Origin: Haliotis rubra
Lineage: Eukaryota
Length of the DNA: 64,000 bases
Direction: 5' to 3'
NCBI RefSeq assembly: GCF_003918875.1
Contig: NW_025767186.1
Coordinates: forward strand, 620,001 to 684,000
The stretch's first letter is position 1. Every line of letters starts with the position of its first letter. A program made the position numbers and the translations under genes. The notes below the pieces were generated by a model. The model saw nothing but the letters and a program-made list of their open reading frames with translations, made no database searches and was not told where the DNA came from. Shown one piece after another: positions 40,901 to 46,744 of the stretch.

Positions 40901-43900
40901 AGAGTGACAGCTGGTGAGGAGAGATTGATGGTTTGTCTGGTGAGGGTGGAGATGATAACAGTTTTTCTTCTCAAGGGGGTGTTTGGATTCAGAATGCACG
41001 TATTGGTTTCTATCGTGAACTGGACACGCGGGTGTTGTTGGTTGAGGTGTTGCAGGAGGATGGCTAGGTCATGTAGAATTGAGGGTCGTGTTGAGGGACG
41101 TTGAATTAACGTCAAGGTACTGTTACCTGAGAAGTCACAATGGACTTGGTGGTACATCGGTTAAGGTGTCGTCACTGTGTCTTAACGAACCCACTCCACA
41201 TTTTCGTTACTTTGATTACTCCATGGCAAAACAATGCCATTATATAAAATACGGTGATACTTACGACAGACTCCACAAGTCAGTTTACACTGATTGTTGG
41301 CGTTTATAGGATCACAGTAACTGCGATTGTCCTTGATGATGTCTGCACACTCCTTCAGGTCATCCTTGCAGGTGTCAGGCTCAGCGGACGTGTCTGAATG
41401 TGTTTCTACAAACAAACTCATATATTACCGCAGTCTCGTTTATCCAGCTTTAATGATGTTGATACAAACCAACATGCATTATGACAACCTCTTTTATCCA
41501 GCTTTCATGTTGCTCAGACAAACAGACATACATTATCGTAGTGTCTTTCATTTAGCTTTCATCGTGATGGCTATTGGTTGCTAGAAAATGAGAAGAAAGG
41601 CCTTTTCCCAAACCTCTTTGATCAACCTTTCACAGTACTTTACATAATCTAAGCCTCGTTTATTCAGCGTTTCCAAGGTTACAACAAAGAGACATAATCA
41701 TAAACTGATTCATCCCACATTCATTATGCTTGGACAAACAGATACAAAATACCATCCACCGTCAGCTTACTTGCTCTGTGTAATACAGCTGATGTCACAC
41801 AATGCTTTGTTATTTGTTAAACACAGATGACATCATACAATGCCTGTACATGGCCTTGCGAAATCAATCACATCCCTACAAGCACACCTATGCACACAAT
41901 TGCCTTCAATGCAATAACCTATCACGACAATATGGCCTACAGACATTTTGAAAGTGTTCAGCTGTGTCTACAGACATTGAAGGAAGGCACTGACTACTAC
42001 TATAGATTTCACAGGAAATGATTGATAACGGGATACTTACCACAAAGGCCACAAGACATTTTACACTGATTGTTTGTGTTTGTTGAGTTACAGTAACTTC
42101 CATTAGTCGTAATGAGATCCATACATTCGTCCGGTCCCACCTCGTCACTACACGGGGCAGAGGTACTCTCTCCACCTGAAGATTATTTTCAACTAAAACA
42201 CAATTATCAAGAAGACATCGAAACTACATCGGATACTTCCAGGACTACGAAACACTGACTCTGTGATTTGTGCAGCTATTCGTACGTAACACTGGGACAA
42301 AAACAGGAATAAAAATATATGCAACATGAAGAGAGTCAGAAACATTACACCTGGACATACACACAAGAAGGATTTGGTTTTTCTCACAAGTAACATACAC
42401 ACACACATAGACTCCTGGGCATACACACAAACAGTGTTTGGTTTGTCACAAGTATCGCCTTGACAGAAATGCAACCTTGACACACATGTAACTAGGACCT
42501 GGATAGACAAACAATACAAAACAGACATAATTAAAACACAGGGGACAACACATACACAACACTTTCATACGAACCGTTTCCCATACACAGAAAGTAACAT
42601 ACACAAGATAACACATACACAACACTTTCATAAAGTACACAGAAAGCTGAACAGACACACAAGATAACACATACACAACACTTTCATACGAACCGTTTCC
42701 CATCAGAAAGTTGACAGACACACAAGATAACCATACACAACACACCTGTTTCCCATACACAGAAAGTAACAGCTGAACAGACACACAAGTACAAAGTGGT
42801 TTATGTTTGACTGGCGTTTCTACACAGAAAGTAAAGCTGAACAGAGAAGGTCGTTTCCCATGAAAAGATACAGACACAAGATAACACATACATCACGAAG
42901 ACCATCTTGATAACAGGTAAAAAATGGTATGTTTTTGAGAAGGCGAGAAGGTCTATGAAAGATAAGACATGATGACAACGTCTTTGTTATATCATGATGC
43001 CACGTTTTGGTTCAGATTCTTATGCCGTTGTCAAAAAGGAGTGAAATATTACCGATGATGATTTGGAGATTTCCGACATAATGCGTATTTCACACACAGA
43101 GAAGTACTACAGCACAGAACAAACTTATATATATCATGCAGGAATTGGAGCGGTGGGGTAGCCCAGTGGTTAAAGCGTTGCCTCGTCACGCCGAAGACCC
43201 GGGTTCGATTCCCCACATGGGTACAATGTGGGAAGCCCATTTCTGGTGTCCCCCGCCGTGATATTGCTGGAATATTGCTAAAAACGGCGAAAAACTTATT
43301 TCACTCACTCACTCAAACAGGAATTAACCAAAACAACATGATGATAGGCACGAAGGGGATTTAAAACAACAACAACAACAACAGCAATAACAACAACAAC
43401 AACAACAACAAAGGGTATTGGCAAGTAAGTGCAGTAACTGGTGGAGGAAGTCAACTGTACGGGAGGCGGAACAAAATATACACAGCTAATGAGATCTATA
43501 AGGAATGGTGGTTGCAGTGCTCTATTGTTTTAACAGTTGATTGTAAGCGGATGGGATGAGACATCATTAGTCTATGTTACTAGCGGACTTGTGTTGACGG
43601 ATTTGAACTGCGTCAGTAGGTTTTCTTAAGTGATCTTTTTACAGTATTTTCACTTTGTCCTACTTGATTTTGTTGTTGGGGCAGTTGATGATGTGGTCTG
43701 GTATGGCTGATTTGGTGAAGTCAGTCAGTCAGTCAGTGATTTGGTGAAAGATATCAACTGTTCTTTTATACTGACATTTCTATCTACATCGAACTCGCCA
43801 GATGGTTTGTCTGGTGAGGGTGGAGATGATAACAGTTTTTCTTCTCAAGGGGTGTTTGGATTCAAAATGCACGTATTGGTTTTGTATGGTGAACTGGACA

Positions 43901-46322
43901 CGCGGGTGTTGTTGGTTGAGGTGTTGCAGGAGGATGGCTAGGTCATGTAGAATTGAGGGTCGTGTTGAGGGACGTTGAATTAACGTCAAGGTACTGTTAC
44001 CTGAGAAGTCACAACGGACTTGGTGGTACATCGGTTATGGTGTCGTCACTGTGTCTTAACGAACCCACTCCACATTTTCGTTACTATGATTACTCCATGG
44101 CAAAACAATGCCATTATCTAAACATATGTTGATACTTACGACAGACTCCACAAGTCAGTTTACACTGATTGTTGGCGTTTATAGGATCACAGTAACTGCG
44201 ATTGTCCTTGATGATGTCTGCACAGTCCTTCAGGTCATCCTTGCAGGTGTCAGGCTCAGCGGACGTGTCTGAATGTGTTTCTACAAACAAACTCATATAT
44301 TACCGCAGTCTCGTTTATCCAGCTTTAATGATGTTGATACAAACCAACATGCAGTATGACAACCTCTTTTAATCCAGCTTTCATATTGCTCAGACAAACA
44401 GACATACATTATCGTAATGTCCTTCATTTAGCTTTCATCGTGATGGCTATTGGTTACTAGAAAATGAGAAGAAAACCCGTATCCAAAACTTCACCCATCC
44501 ACCTTTCACAGTACGTTACATAATCTAAGCCTCGTTTATTCAGCGCTTCCAAGGTTACAACAAACAGACATAATCATAAACTGATTCATCCCACATTTAT
44601 GATGCTTGGACAAACAGATACCATCCACCGTCAGCATACTTGCTCTGTGTAATACAGCTGATGTCACACAATGCTTTGTTATTTGTTAAACACGGATGAC
44701 GTCTTACAATGCCTTTACATGGCCTTGCGAAATCAATCACATCCCTACAAGCACACCTATGCACACAATTGCCTTCAATGCAATAACCTATCACGACAAT
44801 ATGGCTTACAGACATATTGAACGTGTTCAGCTGTGTCTACAGACATTGAAGGAAGGCACTGGCTACTACTATAGATTTCACAGGAAATGATTGATAACGG
44901 GATACTTACCACAAAGGCCACAAGACATTTTACACTGATTGTTTGTGTTTGTTGAGTTACAGTAACTTCCATTAGTCGTAATGAGATCCATACATTCGTC
45001 CGGACCCACCTCGTCACTACACGGGACAGAGGTACTCTCTCCACCTGAAGATAATTCAACAACAACACAACTGTCAAGAAGACATCGAGACTACATCGGA
45101 ACTTCCAGGACTACGAAACACTGACTCTGTGATTTGTGCAGCTGTTTGCAACTATCCCAGGGACAGTCACTGGGCTTTGATACAGTTATTACCTCTGGAG
45201 AGTCAAAATAAATAACAGACAAAAACACAGTTGTCAAGAAGACATCGAGACTACATCGGAACTTCCTGGACTACGCAATACTGACTCTGTGATTTGTGCA
45301 GCTGTTTGTACCTAACGCAGGGAAAATCACTGGACTAGATACATTTATAACCTCTGGAGAGACAAAACAAATAACAGATCTGACTAAGGGATGAGTAACA
45401 CCATGGTGGTGGTGGTGGGTGATTGGTGGTAGTGGTGGGTGATGGTAGTGTTGGTGGTGGGTAATGGTGGTGGTGGTGATGTGGGTGGTGGTGGTGTTGG
45501 TGGTGGGTAATGGTGGTGGTGGTGATGTGGGTGGTGGTGGTGTTGAAGGTCGGTCGGTGTTTCTACAAACAAACTCATATATTACCGCAGTCTCGTTTAT
45601 CCAGCTTTAATGATGTTGATACAAACCAACATGCAGTATGACAACCTCTTTTAATCCAGCTTTCATATTGCTCAGACAAACAGACATACATTATCGTAAT
45701 GTCCTTCATTTAGCTTTCATCGTGATGGCTATTGGTTACTAGAAAATGAGAAGAAAACCCGTATCCAAAACTTCACCCATCCACCTTTCACAGTACGTTA
45801 CATAATCTAAGCCTCGTTTATTCAGCGCTTCCAAGGTTACAACAAACAGACATAATCATAAACTGATTCATCACATTTATGATGCTTGGACAAACAGATA
45901 CCATCCACCGTCAGCATACTTGCTCTGTGTAATACAGCTGATGTCACACAATGCTTTGTTATTTGTTAAACACGGATGACGTCTTACAATGCCTTTACAT
46001 GGCCTTGCGGAAATCATCACATCCCTACAAGCACCCTATGCACAAATTTGCCTTCAATGCAATAACCTATCACGACAATATGGCACAGACATATTGAACG
46101 TGTTCAACTGTGTCTACAGACATTGAAGGAAGGCACTGGCTACTACTATAGATTTCACAGGAAATGATTGATAACAGGATACTTACCACAAAGGCCACAA
46201 GACATTTTACACTGATTGTTTGTGTTTGTTGAGTTACAGTAACTTCCATTAGTCGTAATGAGATCCATACATTCGTCCGGACCCACCAACGTCACTACAC
46301 GGGACAGAGGTACTCTCTCCAC
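1716..46322 (-). CDS. Multi-exon gene (partial) for a mosaic secreted/surface protein: ShKT x7-8 / N-glycosylated Thr-rich stalk / (F-type lectin-CCP) x4 / C-type lectin-like domain
   Basis: 23 exons reconstructed manually. Each is bounded by AG and GT (two by candidate GC) and has a length divisible by 3 in phase 1; the exception is the 136-bp noisy copy at 46187-46322. Junction codons give no stops. About 4.5 kb of coding sequence. 5' end and 3' end not identified. Confidence 0.85.
2305..2511 (-). CDS. Exon: C-type lectin-like domain, first half ([68 protein letters not shown])
   Basis: CACAG acceptor, AAG|GTGCGA donor, 207 bp. CP...CFK...SWYEA...C...G.LA is the CTLD N-terminal pattern. 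Confidence 0.88.
3078..6358 (+). mobile_element. Near full-length Rex1/Babar-type LINE (APE + RT), inactivated by frameshifts and stops
   Basis: APE motifs FSETWL, RLDR..GGGVCMY, GDFN, SDHN. RT motifs [38 protein letters not shown]-terminal LPSGRR...[18 protein letters not shown] followed by a (TATCT)n tail. Confidence 0.88.
6650..7760 (+). mobile_element. 5'-truncated non-LTR retrotransposon with restriction-like endonuclease (R4/Dong/NeSL-like)
   Basis: [24 protein letters not shown] knuckle [37 protein letters not shown], spread across frameshifted ORFs 6797-7840. Confidence 0.82.
8690..10900 (-). mobile_element. Heavily deleted Gypsy LTR-retrotransposon relic (Gmr1-like gag/SCAN-like and integrase remnants)
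   Basis: gag-like [45 protein letters not shown]. Integrase-region LAGHLG..K..WP and [10 protein letters not shown]. Confidence 0.75.
10070..10846. repeat. Minisatellite, 35-bp unit (ctttcccctcaatacacttcctgg[g/a]cttcctggac), about 22 copies, inside Gypsy gag
   Basis: Tandem repeat seen directly. Confidence 0.97.
11240..11320 (-). mobile_element. Penelope-like pLTR relic with a degenerate hammerhead ribozyme
   Basis: Minus strand ATCATGA-A-GGAGC..GCTCT-GAAAC-GTC-G, then AATAAA..AGTTGTTATCCA. The tail resembles the copy at 36270. Confidence 0.6.
11705..13552. repeat. Minisatellite, 41-bp unit (cttacttgtaacggtcacagtgtgtgagatcatgtttctct), about 45 copies
   Basis: Tandem repeat seen directly. 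Confidence 0.97.
13625..13828 (-). CDS. Exon: CCP/Sushi domain 4 ([67 protein letters not shown])
   Basis: TTTTCCAG acceptor, 204 bp, 4 Cys plus G.W...P.C. The phase-1 donor is GC (AG|GCAAGT). This frame is absent from the ORF track. Confidence 0.85.
13975..18103. repeat. Minisatellite, 41-bp unit (ctctaccaatgccctcgtcactgaggaccatacacacaacg), about 100 copies, degenerate at the left end
   Basis: Tandem repeat seen directly; fills almost the whole FTL4b-CCP4 intron. Confidence 0.97.
18107..18340 (-). CDS. Exon: F-type lectin domain 4, second half ([10 protein letters not shown]...[46 protein letters not shown])
   Basis: AACAG acceptor, AAG|GTTAGT donor, 234 bp. GRYV and LSLCEV motifs. Confidence 0.9.
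18641..18868 (-). CDS. Exon: F-type lectin domain 4, first half ([15 protein letters not shown]...ASRANDG...[35 protein letters not shown])
   Basis: TTCCAG acceptor, T|GTAAGT donor, 228 bp. NLA..K.A..SS, A.DG, PWW.VDL and ITNR motifs. Confidence 0.92.
18930..19790. repeat. Minisatellite, 32-bp unit (gtagtgggtacagctgtgtgtgactgggacgt)
   Basis: Tandem repeat seen directly; fills the CCP3-FTL4a intron. Confidence 0.96.
19825..19992 (-). CDS. Exon: CCP/Sushi domain 3 ([55 protein letters not shown])
   Basis: TTTCAG acceptor, G|GTGAGT donor, 168 bp. 4-Cys/Trp CCP pattern. Confidence 0.9.
20400..20522. repeat. 42-bp unit x3
   Basis: gttaaactgacagaagagaagggtttaaatatatatacgtca repeated. Confidence 0.85.
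20548..20766 (-). CDS. Exon: F-type lectin domain 3, second half (QGRFNIKVI...[46 protein letters not shown])
   Basis: TTTCAG acceptor, G|GTACGT donor, 219 bp. GR.V and L.LCEV motifs. Confidence 0.88.
21112..21330 (-). CDS. Exon: F-type lectin domain 3, first half ([28 protein letters not shown]...[34 protein letters not shown])
   Basis: CTCAG acceptor, T|GTGCGT donor, 219 bp. Divergent F-type motifs (VAL, SST, AVD, PWWRV.L). Confidence 0.85.
21617..21790. repeat. 39-bp unit x3-4
   Basis: ggtgagttt..tgtgctttagtcagtttcaaaaggttg repeated. Confidence 0.85.
22321..22540 (-). mobile_element. Mollusc-type SINE (core GCTTGTCGTAAGAGGCGACTAA, Meta/MESC-like), 5'-truncated, (ACTC)n tail
   Basis: Core motif recalled from molluscan SINEs, not searched. 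The 3' part GAATATTGCT..GGCG.AAA..CACTCACT is shared with the SINEs at 40.3 and 43.1 kb. Confidence 0.7.
22582..24871. repeat. Minisatellite, 27-bp unit (aacaatacacttgggtacagatgtac[a/t]), about 85 copies
   Basis: Tandem repeat seen directly, starting at the CCP2 donor. Confidence 0.97.
24872..25057 (-). CDS. Exon: CCP/Sushi domain 2 ([61 protein letters not shown])
   Basis: TATAG acceptor, G|GTAGGT donor, 186 bp. Confidence 0.9.
25306..25518 (-). CDS. Exon: F-type lectin domain 2, second half ([64 protein letters not shown])
   Basis: AACAG acceptor, AAG|GTACAC donor, 213 bp. LTLCEV motif. Absent from the ORF track. Confidence 0.88.
25655..25873 (-). CDS. Exon: F-type lectin domain 2, first half ([29 protein letters not shown]...[35 protein letters not shown])
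   Basis: CGTAG acceptor, T|GTGAGC donor, 219 bp. NLA..K.ASQSS, AVDG, W.VDLG and NR.DCC motifs. Confidence 0.92.
26127..26315 (-). CDS. Exon: CCP/Sushi domain 1 ([62 protein letters not shown])
   Basis: TACAG acceptor, G|GTTAGT donor, 189 bp. Confidence 0.9.
26905..26996. mobile_element. Small palindromic MITE / hairpin
   Basis: The arms gttcctcaaagcaatcgtagcactaaga and tcgtagcgctacgatcgcttcgggaac are imperfect reverse complements. Confidence 0.65.
27085..27735. repeat. Minisatellite, 36-bp unit (cattgcttgctggaagcagtgccctcacaatggata), about 18 copies
   Basis: Tandem repeat seen directly, about 40 bp into the intron after FTL1b. Confidence 0.97.
27776..28012 (-). CDS. Exon: F-type lectin domain 1, second half ([12 protein letters not shown]...[46 protein letters not shown])
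   Basis: TTCAAG acceptor, CAG|GTACAT donor, 237 bp. GRYV and [10 protein letters not shown] motifs. Confidence 0.88.
30106..30312 (-). CDS. Exon: F-type lectin domain 1, first half ([68 protein letters not shown])
   Basis: CTGCAG acceptor, T|GTAAGC donor, 207 bp. Canonical NLALGK, ANDG, CSHT, PWWRVDL and NR.DCC motifs. Confidence 0.93.
30395..31477. mobile_element. Non-autonomous DNA transposon, Kolobok-type (TTAA TSD, 14-bp TIR AGGTCACATGCAAC)
   Basis: ttaa|AGGTCACATGCAAC at 30391-30408 and GTTGCATGTGACCT|ttaa at 31464-31481. Purine-purine termini favour Kolobok over piggyBac. Confidence 0.8.
31492..32037 (-). CDS. Exon: Thr/Asn/Ser-rich stalk with 10 copies of [10 protein letters not shown] (30-bp coding minisatellite, about 31665-31970)
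   Basis: TTCTGTAG acceptor, AAG|GTAAGC donor, 546 bp, phase 1-1. Open frame with non-repetitive S/T/P-rich flanks. Confidence 0.85.
32310..35500 (+). mobile_element. Degenerate APE-RT LINE (RTE-X/Daphne-like; clade uncertain)
   Basis: [60 protein letters not shown]. Many stops and frameshifts. Confidence 0.85.
32628..33142. repeat. Near-perfect 30-bp minisatellite (atgtaccaccttatcctactggtgtgactc) x17 inside the LINE
   Basis: Only two copies differ (C>G). Confidence 0.98.
35956..36075 (-). CDS. Exon: ShKT domain type C ([39 protein letters not shown])
   Basis: TTTCAG acceptor, AAG|GTAAGC donor, 120 bp. Six Cys, C.D start, CxxxCxxC end. Confidence 0.88.
36270..36309 (+). ncRNA. Minimal type-I hammerhead ribozyme (U3-A8 variant) in a Penelope-like solo pLTR
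   Basis: AGC-UUGAUAA-C-GAUGUA-agaauc-UACAUC-GAAAC-GUC|GCU. Stem I is AGC/GCU, stem II is 6 bp, stem III is palindromic ACGU. AATAAA at 36316. Confidence 0.72.
36484..36621. repeat. 22-bp unit x6 (gttgaagctattggtatattca)
   Basis: Tandem repeat seen directly. Confidence 0.9.
36997..37125 (-). CDS. Exon: ShKT domain type B, copy 1 ([42 protein letters not shown])
   Basis: TTCAG acceptor, GTAAGT donor, 129 bp, six-Cys ShK spacing. Confidence 0.88.
37253..38870 (-). mobile_element. Internally deleted LINE relic, present in only one copy of the ShK duplication unit
   Basis: [48 protein letters not shown], and an AATAAAGTTCAGTTC tail. Absent from the paralogous introns at 41394-42040 and 44269-44909. 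Confidence 0.8.
39481..39615 (-). CDS. Exon: ShKT domain type A, copy 1 ([44 protein letters not shown])
   Basis: CTTCAG acceptor, G|GTAAGT donor, 135 bp. The ORF track shows a different frame. Confidence 0.88.
40115..41070 (-). mobile_element. Penelope-like element relic (RT + GIY-YIG fragments + degenerate hammerhead at 40151-40189)
   Basis: [16 protein letters not shown] (PLE RT), [18 protein letters not shown] (GIY-YIG region), and TTGACAA-C-GGCATA-AGAATC-TCAACC-AAAAC-GTG followed by GTTGTCATCC. Confidence 0.75.
40300..40467 (+). mobile_element. tRNA-derived SINE with 8-bp TSD caggaatt
   Basis: A box TAGCCCAGTGG, B box GGTTCGATACC, (ACTC)n tail; caggaatt at 40292 and 40471. Confidence 0.88.
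41265..41393 (-). CDS. Exon: ShKT domain type B, copy 2 ([42 protein letters not shown])
   Basis: Same boundaries as copy 1, 129 bp. Confidence 0.87.
42041..42175 (-). CDS. Exon: ShKT domain type A, copy 2 ([28 protein letters not shown]...)
   Basis: 135 bp, AG/GT intact. Confidence 0.87.
42968..43950 (-). mobile_element. Duplicate of the Penelope-like relic (degenerate hammerhead at 42998-43036)
   Basis: Near-identical to 40115-41070. Confidence 0.75.
43147..43314 (+). mobile_element. tRNA-derived SINE (duplicate, same TSD)
   Basis: A box TAGCCCAGTGG, B box GGTTCGATTCC; caggaatt at 43139 and 43318. Confidence 0.88.
44140..44268 (-). CDS. Exon: ShKT domain type B, copy 3 ([26 protein letters not shown]...)
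   Basis: 129 bp, AG/GT intact. Confidence 0.87.
44910..45044 (-). CDS. Exon: ShKT domain type A, copy 3 ([28 protein letters not shown]...)
   Basis: 135 bp, AG/GT intact. Confidence 0.87.
45312..45353 (-). CDS. Candidate 42-bp linker micro-exon ([13 protein letters not shown])
   Basis: Strong TTTTGTCTCTCCAG acceptor and AG|GTACAA donor (GTAC donors occur elsewhere in this gene). Phase 1-1 and open. Confidence 0.35.
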
Positions 46323-46740
46323 CTGAAGATAATTCAACAACAACACAACTGTCAAGAAGACATCGAGACTACATCACCGGAACTTCCAGGACTACGAAAC
46401 ACTGACTCTGTGATTTGTGCAGCTGTTTGCAACTATCCGGTGATAGTGGTAAGGGACAGTCACTGGGCTTTGATACAGTTATTACCTCTGGAGAGTCAAA
46501 ATAAATAACAGACAAAACACAGTTGTCATCAAGAAGACATCGAGACTACATCCGGAACTTCCTGGACTATGGTGGAGTGCAATACTGACTCTGTGATTTG
46601 TGCAGCTGTTTGTACCTAACTGGGTGGTTGTGCTTGGTTGTGGTGTTGCAGGGAAAATCACTTTGGACTAGAATACATTTTATAACCTCTGGAGAGACAA
46701 AACAAATAACAGATCTGACTAGTGGTGGTAGGGGATGAAG
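45557..46740. repeat. Noisy duplicate of 44275-45400
   Basis: Same diagnostic variants as unit 3, plus scattered indels and GGT-type intrusions. Confidence 0.8.
46187..46322 (-). pseudogene. ShKT type A copy 4 with a +1 frameshift; possibly a redundant assembly copy of copy 3
   Basis: 136 bp (ccaccaacgtc vs ccacctcgtc). Shares copy-3 diagnostic bases; flanks carry many small indels. Confidence 0.55.
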
Positions 46741-46744
46741 TAAC

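Larger units (their letters stand above)
36950..45400. repeat. Tandem segmental duplication, 2.6-2.9 kb unit carrying ShK-B and ShK-A exons, three copies
   Basis: Exon spacings of 2560, 2869 and 2875 bp; intron sequence, SINE and PLE relics are shared between copies. Confidence 0.92.
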
